Assembly (NCBI GenBank): GCA_965235115.1 | Contig: OZ249436.1 | Location: 31,808,001-31,872,000 of the forward strand | Direction of reading: 5' to 3' | Source: Laetmonice hystrix | Lineage: Eukaryota | DNA: 64,000 nt | Shown here: positions 26,701-39,702 of the stretch, piece by piece | Layout: each line of letters starts with the position of its first letter | Position numbering within the stretch: position 1 is the first letter of the stretch | The notes under the pieces: generated by a model | Databases searched by the model: none | Seen by the model: the letters and a program-made list of their open reading frames with translations, nothing else | Told to the model about the DNA's origin: nothing | Position numbers and translations under genes: made by a program

Positions 26701-27270
26701 TATGGAATTGGTTCTTAGCGTTTAAATCGGCAAATAATTTCAGAATTTATCGTGTCCAAAAGTGTGTTCTAATATGAACCAAAGGTTGATTTGTGTTTGC
26801 CTTGTAAAGTCCCGCGTATGGCACACAGCGGTGTTGCAGTGTCCCTATATACAATAGCCCCTATGTCTCATTTCATCGCTAACGGACGGAGCAATTTGTT
26901 ACATTTATGTACCCTGGCATAAATAATTTCTTTGTAATACACATGTACCTGTAGTTTATCATATATACGATTGGTACTTTCTTGCCATATATCATTCATT
27001 TTTGCTTGAGGTGTCGTTGCCAGTGTAAATTTGGTAAATGGTTTTCTGGATACCGTGTTCTGTACTTGTTTCACCTTCAGGGTTGTACTTAGGATAGTCT
27101 GCAAACGCAAGTAAAATCATTCACTGAAAAAAAAAATTACGGTGCTCGAAACCAATGACAGCTCATTCAAGATCATTTAGTTCTAGTCCATTTGATTATG
27201 CAGTTTGAAGAATTGATTTTGCAATTGCATAATATTTTCTATAAAGGTTGAAAATAAATAAATTTAAAAA
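23787..27270 (+). other. Probable long 3' UTR of DAZAP1
   Basis: Repeat-poor, U-rich stretch ending near AATAAA 27253-27258, after which TE-like sequence begins. Confidence 0.4.
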
Positions 27271-27501
27271 ATATGATTGTATTGCCTCTGCCTTTTTTGA
27301 TTAGTGAAATTAAAATTCATGATTTGAGGGGGATGGGGTTACGTAGTGATTTGGGACAAGACAGTTACAGGCCTACTGGCCCTATAATTCCTGTATTTCC
27401 CTATTTTTGGGCGTTCCCCTATACATGTATTTCCCTATACATATGCTGGAATTTGGCCTATATAGGCCTAAGCCGTATATATTTGAATTGCCGTCATACA
27501 G

Positions 27502-27638
27502 GGGGGCGTTTCTCTAAGGAAAGATGTCTGCGCAGAGTCTTTCAAAAGAGTCTTTTCGAAACCAGTGTTAAAGAATAGAGTGTTATAGAAACACGACCTC
27601 GCCGCCTCAGTCTTTTTGGGCTTTATAGAAACGCACCC
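27502..27638. mobile_element. Small PIF/Harbinger-like MITE
   Basis: Imperfect TIR ggggcgtttct / agaaacgcaccc flanked by CAG / CTG. Confidence 0.4.
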
Positions 27639-29289
27639 CTGGTTATGTCGCGGTTATGTCGGACCCAAGTTTGAGGTAAAGCAGTCTCAACCCCCTTTTC
27701 TGCACCCCCCCCCAGCCGTTTATAATAGGCCCTATAATATTATGGCGTCCGGGGGCCCTCCCCTTGGAAAAAAAATAATGAAAAGGCCATGTGCGCAGAT
27801 CTATACTGACAAAGTTTCAGAGACTGCGAAAAACATGGCCTGGGGACAGGGTCTATTCGGCTATGTAGGCTAAAGTCGGGTCGGGCGCACCTCACTGGGG
27901 TCGGGGGCACCAGTCCACTTTACTCGGCCACCAGTCCTCGCGGGAAAAAGGGGGCTGGTAATCCACAGTACTAAGCCTGCACATTGAAGGTGGCGCCATC
28001 TCTTGAGGAAGAGATACCTGGGGGGGGGGGCAGGAGGGATCTGTAGGTATCAGTAGGACGATTAATATTATGAGGTTTAGATGGATCCTGTGCCTCAGAT
28101 GGTAGGGAGGTATTCTAAAAAGTTTGCAACAGAATCCGGACAAGTTTGGGATGTTAGAAGTAGATCTGTAGCTATGATTTAAAACTGTGCTGGAGCGAAA
28201 CGATATTAATCGACACAGACTGACAGCAGAGTCACGTATGTAATTTACCTTAGTGGGACCTGAATATTAAAGCGTCAACAGCTCTTTCCTCAGACGGTCC
28301 AGGTCAAGCTTTACTTATTATTAATCTTATGTCAGAAGTTAGGTAAGTAAAATATCAATTAGGCCTTTGCATCGAATATAATATTGGCTGGGGAACCAGG
28401 TGTACAGTTATGACCATAGTTATCGTTCTTCGTTGCCGGTTTAATGTTGGATTGAGGGTGACGACAGCACAGCCACAGCACTGGCCACTGCCACAGGGCA
28501 CAGCCACAGACCACAGACACAGTGCCAGTGGCAGTGCACAATGCAATGGTGGCACAGGGAAAATGATGAAAATAAATTCCCCGCAGGGAAAACACAGGGA
28601 ATTGGGAAAGATCTTAAAACACAAATCTTGATAGCTAAGGGTAAAAATTAGGCAAAAGAAGGAAGTCAGTAAAAAGTCAGCATTGACATTGTTGACTTGA
28701 ATTTATTTGATTTATTCAAAACAGCTGCCATATTTGATCACAGCACTGAGTGGCAGCCATGTCGGATCACAGGGAAAATTTATCGCGAGCCAGGGAAAAC
28801 GGGCTGCGACAGCTCGCGATGAGATACTCAATTGCGAGAAAATATGCGAATTAGCGACAATTTTCACTTGGAATTACACTGAATTGGTACCGGTACTTAT
28901 GACATGTTTGCACTGGGAATAAATTGCGACATTCAGATGACGAATGTGGTGCAATTTTTTTGTCGCAATCGAGACACCCATGACGACTCTGCGACTATTT
29001 TGAGAGAAAATTTGAGATACTGGCTTTACTGTCTGTCAGTGCAGTCTCGGTCACCCGACTCTCTTGCTGTGTAAGAGTCTGGGCAAGTTTGTGCAAAATT
29101 GCATAATTTGGATTTGTTCGTCGCAGGGTGGTGTGGTAGCACATCCATGTCCCCAATGCGTGCTCCCATGTCGTAAGCGGATGATTGACAATTTGACTAA
29201 GCCTTAAACACATGATCAACACCAATTATGCAGATACAATGTTTGTTTCGCAAAAGTCACCTAATCACATCGGGCGCTCCTTGCTAAAT

Positions 29290-29970
29290 TTCCAGTAAAT
29301 TGACCAATCAGCAGTGAGCAAACCAAAAACTGAAACCTTGTAAAACGAGCCACTTATGAACTCAACGCTCGTGAACAACTCGTAGACGGAAAACTGTCCA
29401 CTCGCTATGCCCAGAGTGGGACTCTGGCGCAGCAGCCATCTTCATACAGAATTCCCGTTATGGAAGTGGGTTTGTGTGCGTGTCACATTAGACTGCAAAC
29501 TGGAAACACCATAGCAACTGTCGAGATGGTGGTGGACTGCCAAAAAGGGTCAATATATTTTCTAGTCCAACTAAGTTTATGGAGAAGGATTTTGATACCC
29601 AGTAAGCCAGGACGTACACGTCTGTGGTTGTAGTACCTATTCTATTTCATTCTCCTCGTGGTTTCCTGGCATTGGGTCTGTCCCAAGTTTAAACTGCTAC
29701 TATAGAACAGCCAATCAGAAAATTCTGGCCACTAGCCAATCCATGCTCTGCTACAGCTGCTGCGCTATGGACCTACCCTGGCTATGCTGTTGGTGGATTC
29801 GCCAGATGGACTAGAACACCTCAGAGATAGGAACTTGTCAAGACCCTCGGCTCAGGCTGCTGAGGGTCTTGGAACCCCTAGCTTGCCGGTCCCGTCTGTG
29901 ATTTCATGGTCGGCCAGTTTGGCCAATCAAAGGGGATGGGGCTGAGGTCTAACTGACCGACAAGTAAGGA
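29290..29970 (+). promoter_or_regulatory. Candidate promoter / first-exon region of gene 2
   Basis: Several CCAAT boxes, a YY1-like gcagccatctt and possible donors (gtaagc ~29602, gtaagg ~29964); no direct TSS evidence. Confidence 0.3.
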
Positions 29971-31225
29971 TTTACAATGAAAGTTGCATATATGTTATGG
30001 ACAAAAATAGCCAGGTTTTGTACGCTGCTTGAACACCTTGAAAAGTGCTTGAGTTTTTACATTTCATTTTCTAGGGCTTTAAAGGGCTTGAAAGACGAAA
30101 ATCAGGGTAGGTTTTTTGGAAAAGTTCTTGAAGATTGAAAAAAGCAACATGAAAAAGAGGTTGATGTCAGGGAGCTACTACTGTATTTATTTAGATGGCT
30201 GCACCCAAATGATAGCCACAGGGAGGATTTGGACCTCATGGTCAGGGAAGAAGTTTCCTGGAATTGCTGCTAGGTCCTCCCAGATCTGCTTTCAAAACAT
30301 CTTTTGGAAAAACTAGAGGGCTATTCATTCATCAATGTTGCATTTGCATGGCAGGTTTGCCCCCAGAACCCCCACCCTCACTTTTAACTGATCACAGATG
30401 GACACATGCCCAGTCTAGTTCATACAGTATCCACTAGGTGTCTCACTGAGCGAGCTGCCCTTGCACTGCTAGGTATCAAGGTATTTGCTAGGTATTATGG
30501 TAAGATGCTGGGGGTTGAACCATACAATACAAAAATTACATAATTTTGCCAGATAAAATTAAATTCAATATGAAATTAATTTAATACATTTATATCGGGT
30601 GGATAAAAAAAACGCCCCGAACTTTAAACTTTAATATTTCAGAAACTATGCATTATAATTCAATAAAATTTCTCTTAATATCATTTCATCATATTATCTC
30701 TGGTATGTTAAAGTTTCAGCTCAATAGCTTTTATATTAATCCCGGGGCACTAAAAACAAAAATCAGTGTCTAAAAACGCAATGCCGGAATTAGGTCAAAT
30801 ATCATGCAGCTGCCAGGTGTCCAATTTGACACCTGTTTGATTCACCGCATTGTACCTTGGGTAAAACAAAATTCAATATTTAGTTTTTGCATGTTTTACA
30901 ATATGTATCATGTTGTGGACTATTCCTAGTACTTTTAGAGAAAAACAGATGTTTAATGTGCCAAACCCTACAGAGAAACTGCAACATTAGGACGATATGA
31001 CTGTAACGAGAAGTTCAAGGGAAATCGTATCATTATCACGTTTAGCAACACGTTCAGAACGTTGCGTATTTCCCAATGTTGGGAAGATATTTCCCTATCA
31101 GAGATCAGGAAGTGCATTGGCTCATGGAAAAAGAAACTAAGAGCAGTATGGAGTGAAAACGGGGGACCGATTGATCACCTACTCTAGTGTGAGGCCAGGG
31201 ACAACTCGCTTTAGCCCGGCATTCT

Positions 31226-33295
31226 GGGCAGTTCTCCATCAGAGAAAGCTAAAACACGAAAAATTTAAAATTGTCCAGTCCCCTAATAACCATGTCTGCT
31301 TAATAGGTGAGACCTTATAGGATATGGTGCTGAAAACCATTTTCCATTACCTTATCCCAAAAATTTGTGGCGTCACTTTGAATTTTCATCATTTTTATGG
31401 CCTTCTAAATAAGCTTTTACCTCAATTTTGACAGTACCAGCCCATATATCTTGAAATATATCTTCCACACTTTAATTACTCAAAATGATAACTTCAACCT
31501 GCATGGTTACCAATAACTTTAGGCACTGGGCTCTAGCTCTTTCATGGTTGTAATAAGGGGAGGTGACATTCTACCAAGAAAATGTGTAATTCCGTTACCA
31601 AAAATGATGAAAAAGTTTCAACAGAGAGAATATTTCCTTGAATAAATCGATATCCTTCAGAATCCTCTTTTGATTGTGACATAAATGAATAATGATCAGA
31701 GAGTTTTCCCTCTAACTTCACATATTTCTGTAGAAAAGTGGTAACGGAATTACATTAGTAACGGAATTACATACGGTAACGGAATTAGTTATCATCAATG
31801 TCAGCAATTCCATCATTTTGTCCAGTTATAGCAATAAAAATATGAAAGTTAGCTCATTTTCACTGGGTATTATAACAAACATCATCATTAGAATCAGTTT
31901 ACAAGTTTTTTTTAAGTTAAGAACCTAGGAAAGCAATCGCTTGATTTTGTGTTTCTTCATGAAATATTATTGTCTCTCATTTAATTAATTCTGAGGATAG
32001 ACGTTCCATTTAGTTGCTATTTGCTGCCCAATGACTTCTACTTCTATGATATGCGAACTCTCCATGTTCAGGTGAAAAAATATCTATATCATCAAAATTT
32101 ACACGTTTCATTATAGCTAAAACTTTAGTAAAAGTGGAAAAATAAAGGGGATACACATAGAAAATGGAAATGATATTGAAATCACGCTCTCTAAGAGCTT
32201 TCTTTTGATATAAAATTTATGCAGATAATTTGGGGCGAAGTGATGTACCAAAATCATCAACAGAGAAAACACAGGCCTTGGTAATCACCTCTCCGAAAAA
32301 CAAGGGTGCTTTCTCCCACGTCCTCGTCTTTTGATGTTCTATGAACACGTATTTATAATAGATCAATATTCCAGGAAGGAGATCCTTTATACTTGAATTA
32401 TTATTATTGGTGTTCAGATTGAATTTCAAATGCAATGTCGCTAAAATACGATATTGACATGAATACTAACTGTGATAATATTATTTCAACTTGTTGGTCA
32501 GGCACTATCTAGACAAACTTTGTGAATTTGAAAAAAAATGTTATAATGCTTCGTTATTTGCTCCTGAATGCTGGAAATCATGTATAGTATCCTATACATT
32601 TCACATGGAAAATGAAACAAAGAGGTATTAATGAAAACATTTACGTATAAGTGTCACTGGTGTGTAATATATCAATACAAATTACTTACGGAAAGTCTGT
32701 CACCAAATATTGTAATTCCGTTACCAAGGTACCATTGGCAGTATGGTTATTTGTCCTTGAACGTTAGAAATTTACTCCAGTCATTGACTAACAGACACCA
32801 TTAATGCAGTTGGCATCCAAATAAAGAGTTCTAAATTAAATTATAAACATTGGTATTGCAATGTTTCGGACAAGTAATTCCGTTACCAAATTTTGTAATT
32901 CCGTTACCATGTACCTGATTTTTTGAATAAGCCACATTCATAAGTTAATTGTAATTTCAATATTTTAGTATTTTAAACACGGAGATAACATCTTCAGCTC
33001 TTCAAACATAATTTTTTTCGAATTTGGAGTCATAGAATTCACAGGAATTCTGATAAAACTGCAAAGAAAAAAAAAAAGCCAAATTCTCTGCGTAATTCCG
33101 TTACCACAGCATTTGGGCTTGTAGGTCCTAACCTGCACCACCTATATCAAAGATGCATTTTCTGTTCAATAGAGTACATCCGGTAGTATAGTAATAAACC
33201 ATGTTTAACATGATCTGAATAATTTCTTATCCACGGAAGAGCAAAATGCAGTGAAATTTTGCTCTGATTGTAATTCCGTTACCGGAGAATTGCCC
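31226..33295. mobile_element. Non-autonomous DNA transposon, Sola2-like, nested in the mariner
   Basis: TIR GGGCAGTTCTCC / GGAGAATTGCCC, 4-bp TSD TTCT (31222-25, 33296-99), many internal GTAATTCCGTTACC motifs. Superfamily inferred from GRG termini and 4-bp TSD. Confidence 0.75.
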
Positions 33296-33453
33296 TTCTA
33301 CTTTTGTACAATGATTTTTGTTTTTAGCCCCACGGAAATGTTATCCAAGCTATTGAGTTGTAACATTAACAACTAAGAGACAACATCATGAACTGATATT
33401 AAGAAAAATTTCATTGAATTACAATCATTACTTTTTGAAATATTGAAGTTTAA

Positions 33454-33793
33454 AAGGTGCTATTCGTCTCGCACAGAATGGCATTTCTTCTATCATACAT
33501 TGTGCACATAGTACTAGAAAAAATTCCTACCAATACCGTTGGCCTAATAAACCTTCTATTAGTTTGTGTGCAGCATTTGAAACCTATCTCGGTGCGCACC
33601 GAGATAGAGCCATTTCCTATGGTGGGGCGTGTCAGGGTCTCCACAGGCCTTCTGAGAGAGCCCCATTTGTGCCGTTATCCATGAAAAATTTTGATTTCCT
33701 TTGTTGTGAATCTATTTCCATGATAGGTGGGATCACATAAACGTCAACAAAATTAAAAATAAAAAAATTGAATTTTTGTTCACGAATAGCACC
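33454..33793. mobile_element. Kolobok-like MITE in the mariner right TIR
   Basis: TTAA TSD, TIR GGTGCTATTCGT / ACGAATAGCACC; removing it restores the mariner TIR. Confidence 0.75.
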
Positions 33794-34077
33794 TTAAAGT
33801 TCGGGGCGTTTTTTTTTATCCACCCGATATAACAAATACTTCCATTTTTAAAAAGTAAGTTGGTGTGCGAGTGTAGTGACCCCTGGTGGTGAGTGGAGGA
33901 ACTATCCTGTACTCTGGCTCTGGGAGGGTAGGGTATGGATAGATGGCCACACCACTATCTTTGGGTGGGAGTACAAGGCGGGAAAATACGGCGATCTATT
34001 GGGTAGATACAGTATCTGCTGTTGTTGATCAATGCTAAAACCACAGATTAAAATTGTCAAATTATACTATGGGTTTT

Positions 34078-34157
34078 ACGTGGTACATGTGGCAAATTAA
34101 TTTTATGAGTCCAGGAAAATTCTCTCAAGTCCTTGAGAAGTCCTTGAAAATTGACGA
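34078..34157 (+). repeat. DNA-transposon end fragment, also present at ~881-993
   Basis: tacatgtgg..aaattaattttatga..tctctcaagtccttga..gaggaacaagtgta.gaacc shared; a related opposite end lies near 30012. Confidence 0.6.
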
Positions 34158-34340
34158 GGAACAAGTGTAGGAACCCTCGTAGCAACTATATTTTAACAAT
34201 ACATGTATTGTAGTGAACATTTTTAAACTGAAAAGTTATACGTGTACATGTATTGTTATAATTGATGCTAATATTTTGGTTTCATTATTTAAGTTCCAGG
34301 TCAAGGTTCAAACTTCAGAAGGAATGATCTCTCTCTGACC

Positions 34341-35204
34341 ATGATGCCTGATAAGGAACAAGTGAAGAATCTCCTTGTTGAAACAGTGACACTTCTATGT
34401 AAGAACAGCCTTGGATACAAAGACCACCTACGTGTTGAGGGGCTCTTAGGTGTGGCAATTGATGACAAGGATGTCTTTTTTCTTCATATCAGTGAAAACT
34501 TTCTAAATACACCTGCAGTTTCACAGACTTCAGATCCTTCAACAAGCACAGAAACAGTAAAAGACCAGAATATAGGCTCTGATTCAAATTATCAAGATCA
34601 TGAGGAGCATTTTATGCAAAAATCCAAAAATCCTGTTGACTCTGTTAAGTTAAAAGATGAACCCACAGATTCAGACGATGATTTGGTCATGATTCCAAGT
34701 CCTGAACTTCGCCCTCCAGACATGGTGGCCCAACGTGCAAGCAGAATAGCTGGCCAGCGTCGACCCCCCTCAAGCCCACGACCTAAGTCTCCAATACGTT
34801 CTGCAAGTTATGCTAACAGAAACGATATATCGGTGTACCGAAACAGCTTTGCTGAGACAACTGAGTTGGGGCATGATATGCAATATGTTATACAAAGTGA
34901 TTCCGATGAGCCACCAGAAAAACGTTTGGCTTTAGAAAGAAATGAAACTACCTTTGATGTGACAAGACAAGAGAGGTATTTGGACAGTGCGGCCAAAGAT
35001 ACAGAAAACAGCTCAGAAAGAGATGCTAGGTACCAACAATCTGGATGGACAGATGTACCACCAGGTGGCAGCACGACAATCAAGGTTGAGATGCCTGAAG
35101 GGAATTCACAGTATGAGAGTGAAGAACAAGGACTGACACATTCAACGCCCTATGTATGGACGGTCGCACCCACGAGTGAAGAGGGTGACCAACAGACCAG
35201 GGAG
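34341..35204 (+). CDS. Gene 2 shared exon: N-terminal domain (EQVKNLLVETVTLLCKNSL..VEGLLGVAIDDKDVFFLHISE) plus acidic/disordered linker
   Basis: ATG in acc-ATG context after acceptors at 34293/34299; 288 codons to GAG|gtaaga (phase 0); VKLKDEP and IKVE SUMO-like motifs. Confidence 0.85.
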
Positions 35205-35561
35205 GTAAGACTCAGGGCCCAGGCCCATCCTTTCCCTGACCAGTCCTTTACACACTTAGTTTACCATTCCAGGACTCCAGCTGGGTTCTTAAAGTTCACA
35301 CCATCTTATATAAAAATTATCACTTCAAGATCATATGCATAATATGCAATTTTTGCTTAGATTTTCTTGATAGAAATGATTAATATAGAAAGAAGGTGGA
35401 ATGTACTGTTCAATTACAGCAGGGATCCTGGATTGAATGTCACCTTTTTGTAAGTAGGGTCACATAAAACAAATTGCATTGTTATCATTCATGACTTACC
35501 TTTTACATCTTCAGTGGGGAGAATTTGTTTTTAAAAATAATTTGTTGGCGTTTTGGAATAG

Positions 35562-36990
35562 GATTTCCAAAGATATATTGCCCAATCCTGGAACAAAAAT
35601 ACGGTGAAAAAGACAAATTCGGTGACAAAGAAATTTGAGGCGTTCGTCACAAAGCAGGGATTTCAGAAGAAGCTGGTTGAATTTCTTCCAAAGGAACTCG
35701 ATGCTCTGATCGGTAAGTGGTATTAATTTTGAAACAAAATCATAATATTTATACTTGCTGCCATTTAAATTTCTATCGTCCTAAGGCCTACCTATTATAT
35801 TACAGTCCTCCCTCGCTATAGCGCCAGCCTTGGGACATAGGCGCCGTTGGCGGTATAGCGAGGGTGGCGTTATAGCGAGGTATATATATGCATGGACGCC
35901 AATCTTGAACCTGTACACCCAGCCAACCACCGTTCCCCGTATTTTTTAATGGGCATGGGCCTGGTCAATTTGGTCCAGCCCGAGTTACCACCCTGTGTAC
36001 ACCTTGTGCATTACAAAAGAAGTTTACTTCATCTCTGTAAGTCTAATAAAGGGAAATTGATCACAAAGTCCTTTAAAGTTTAGGTATTATTCGCTCTGAC
36101 CATATTCAGACATGATTGTGAACTGAACTGACCTCAAACGTGATGAAACCCTGCTTCCCGCCCACACTGGTGCCTCACCAAGTTCATTGCGTAACACGTA
36201 ATGACCTAATAATATGCACTGGCGCTACACGCTGGCGGTATAACGAGGGCGAATCTAATAGGTTTTAATATATTTGGACATGGAAGAGGCCTGGCGGATG
36301 GCGATAGCGAGAGTTGGCGGTACCTATGGGGAAAATACATTGGGATTTCTGTGCAAATACATTTTGGCGTTATATGCGAGGGTGGCGGTAAAACGGGGGG
36401 CGCTATAGCGAGGGAGGACTGTATATTATATTATTTTAAAATCATTTCCAGGTCAGTGGATCCTTAATGAAAGGAAACCAGACGGAGAGGAATATGAACC
36501 AGATACCCTAACTTCGAACCATAGGGCCTTGGATCGCTATTTAAAAGAAGAGGGTTTCGAGAAATGCGCATCAAGGGAGATTTTGGCGGCAAAAAGAAAA
36601 CATCTGAAAAGCTTGGGTCTTGGAAATAGAAAAAATAAGGCAGAAGCTCTGACTGTCGACGATGAAGAAAAGCTCTGGGAGAGTGGAAGTTTGGGGAGAA
36701 GTAATGCAGACATCCTACAGAGAACCGTATGGTTTCTTCTCACAAAGCAGTTAGGGTTTCGAGGATCCTCTGAGGCCCGGCAGCTATCTTACGGAGATCT
36801 AGAGGGAAAGCATGACATTGACGGTTCCGTATATTTTGAATGGACTGAAAACGCGTCAGAAATAAGACAGGGAGTCTCCAGTTCAGCCAGATCATTTAAC
36901 CCCAAACTTTTCCAAAATACCGACGATCCATCGAGATGCCCAGTCACCCTTGTAAAAGAGTTCTTAACCCACCGGCCAATGACAATGTAG
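35562..36990 (+). CDS. Gene 2 alternative 3' module: Crypton tyrosine-recombinase-derived (DUF3504/ZMYM/QRICH1-like), exons 35562-35712 and 36452-36990
   Basis: Phase 0 acceptor; NKNTVKKT..ELDALI|GQW..RKPDGEEYEPDTL..LDRYLKE..GLGNRKNKAEALT..EEKLWESG.LG..GFRG..EARQL..RCPV. TAG at 36988-90, with homology continuing to ~37095. Confidence 0.8.
35803..36421. mobile_element. Tc1/pogo-type MITE inside the intron of the Crypton module
   Basis: TA|CAGTCCTCCCTCGCTATAGCGCC ... GGCGCTATAGCGAGGGAGGACTG|TA. Confidence 0.9.
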
Positions 36991-38516
36991 CAGCCAGATA
37001 GTCCTTTTTTCCTCCAGGTGAATAGGGCCAATACAGTGCAGGATGCTATCTGGTATAAAGCCCGTCCAATTGGAGTGAATGCGTTGAACTCATTAAGCCC
37101 TAGTTGGTTTACAAGTTATGTGATGTTTATGATTTGTCCTTACTATAACAATGTATCACGAAAATAAACTGTGGCGTTTCACAAAAGAATATGTCTGCAT
37201 TGCGGTTGTTTGATATATAAATACCGGGGTACTTCTGAAGTTCGTCTGTCACTTTTTGCAATATAAATGTTCGATTTGTACTAGCGAAAATAGATTTCGA
37301 ATATTGTCAGCATTAATTTATTCTTGGAAAAATCGCGGATATATTTGTTTATGGAATTCTGGAACTATATTCATTGCGGCCTGTTACCAAGGGTGTGCTC
37401 GCTTCCTTCGCTTCAAGGAATTGCACGAGAATGCAAGGAATTAATTGAGAAGGCCAGAAATTTCAGTGTGACGGTCAGGAATTCCACTGCGAACTGAAGG
37501 AAAGGAATTTGACTGTGAAGCAATGTAATTGTCTGTGAAGACAAGGAATTTCACTATGAAGCGACGTAATTGTCTGTGAAGCCAAGGAATTTCACTGAGA
37601 AACAGACATTTTCTGTTAGTACAGCAGTTTCTACATCTGTCAGTACAGCAGTTTGTACATCTGGGCCACCGTAGTACAGTGCCACAGGCTTGCTACCTTC
37701 GTGTATCAATGGTATCTAAGTCAGTGCACCTCCTGGAAAACTTTCTTGTGGCAAGCAGATGCGAAAAACTGATACAACCCTATATGGCAAGCAGACGTGA
37801 AAAAACGATACAGTGGCCTCTAAAAAATAGGCTGAGCATATGTGAAAACTGATAGGCCTACAGTGGGCAACTGAGGTAGCAAGCCTTTCTAGGGCCCTCT
37901 GACAGCCAGATAAACGAACGCGGGTCAAAGGTGGATGAATGTGACGGTCGACAAACGTCGACAAACTCTAACATATTAGTAGCTGTATGACAAAAAGCAA
38001 TACATTGATATTGTCATGGAATTTCCTTGTATTTTCATGAAGCATAATTAAGCACAGAGGGAAGTCAAAATAGAACACAAAACCACCAGGGTACCAGTGA
38101 TACAAGTCTGTGAAGTTTGAAGAGGCCCTGTCGAGTCAAAAAGAGACTCCTCAAAAGAGAGCTACTCCTGCTTGTACTCATTGTTTCACACGATTTTTTT
38201 AAGAAAAAAAACTTGACGATTTCGAAAGATTTGAGCCTTCACCTTAGTTTAGCATGGAGAGAATGAAGTGATGACTTCCTTTATCATCACTTCCAGGAAT
38301 TTATTGCATTAGCATTTCTAAGTATATTTCCTAAATATTGACTTTTAAGATTATGGAATTGTGAGAGCGTTATAAGCTAAGTTTTAAGCGTATTTTAAGC
38401 TACCAAGTTTGACAGAGCTATATTAACATAAAACATGCTGTTGTCAAAGAAGTAGACATAGATTATAAAAAAAAATCTATTTTGTTTTACAATTCGTCTT
38501 TTTATTTTTTTTTTAG

Positions 38517-38574
38517 ATTATTCAGCATCAGACTGGAGGTATACCACATACGGATCATATCAGTCTCAAGACAG
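38517..38574 (+). CDS. Gene 2 linker exon (IIQHQTGGIPHTDHISLKT), phase 0 to 1
   Basis: Long poly-T tract + ag, donor ACAG|gtagtg; supplies the phase needed for exon 41060. Confidence 0.65.
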
Positions 38575-39164
38575 GTAGTGCTAAGGAACATTTAAATAAT
38601 TAAGGGTTAACTTGATTTTACAATGAGTAAGCCTTTACTATATGTCAGATGACTGAAGCTAGCCCAGCATACTAACTTTTTTTCATAAAGAGCAGGAAAT
38701 CTAATCATGGAACTTCAGTATTCTTAGTGTAGATAAACCAATAATTCTACATCCAATGTTGGCAGTTCCTTCCGATTTTCCTGTACTACCCCAAACGCTT
38801 TCAACATAAAACACAATCCATATCAGAGGTGTTGTATGCCTTTTGATCTGAGAAAAAAACAGGAAAAATTAACATGTATTCGTCAGTCGTGCTCCATCGA
38901 CCTGTTGTGCATTTGCGAGTTGAGGTTCTCAGCCTCTGATACTTTTCATAGCTGTAACCGACAATGACGACCCGTCCTAATACTTATGGTATGGGTACCC
39001 GGTAACGACTAAACTGTCAACTCTGATGCAATGTTCAAATCGGAAAATAGCCGATGTCCAGACCAAACGTCCAAAGACTTATTTGTCTTGTCAGCAAGCC
39101 TGGTAATATCTGGTAATACCTGGTAATTTCCGACTAAAGCTGTGGCAGTGGACGGGGGACGTTG

Positions 39165-39342
39165 CAGGGGCGGATCTAGGGTCTATCTTCAGGGGGGGTC
39201 CTAGGGGGGGTCCAGCATAAAAAGGGCAAATAGAGGGGGGTCCGTGGTAAAAACAAAAGGCATTTTGGTTATAAAAAAATTAATTTGGCAAATTTGAGGG
39301 GGGGTCCGGACGTCGCCGACACCCCCCCTGGATCCGCCACTG
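39165..39342. mobile_element. CAG..CTG MITE with 5-bp TSD CGTTG
   Basis: TIR CAG(G/T)GGCGGATC, flanking CGTTG on both sides. Confidence 0.8.
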
Positions 39343-39702
39343 CGTTGGCTGTTGCAGCAGGTAATGCAGACAGTGTCTTTTTACAGTACAAGTACATGTT
39401 AGGGAATCTCCTTCCGCGTGGGGCAAGAACGTGAGAATGCACGAGATAATATGTGCTGACGTCACGGTCTATGGTTGTAAACACTGGGTCTATCGGCCAG
39501 CCGCCTGTAATTTGTGATAATTTGTGGTATCAGGTCAGTTCCTTGGTAAATAATTTCAAATGATATCGTTTGAGTCAGACAGAACCAGTTTGTGATTTTT
39601 GAAGGGGATGTAGAACTATTGGTTTAAAAAAGCAGTTTTTCGTTATGAAAATAACTTTAATAAGCAGTAAAAGCAAATTGCAATATACATGTATGCAATA
39701 TA

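Larger units (their letters stand above)
30593..33829 (+). mobile_element. Internally deleted Tc1/mariner element with long imperfect TIRs, carrying two nested insertions
   Basis: TA|TATCGGGTGGATAAAAAAAACGCCCCGAACTTTAA at the left and its reverse complement |TA at the right; TIR similarity extends about 200 bp. Transposase C-terminal remnant WEDISLSEIRKCIGSWKKKLRAVWSENGGPIDHLL* at ~31080-31187. Confidence 0.88.

Noticed and set aside
35205..35342. C-terminal 45 aa of the 333-aa ORF
   Set aside because: Read-through past a strong GTAAGA donor; at most a retained-intron form.
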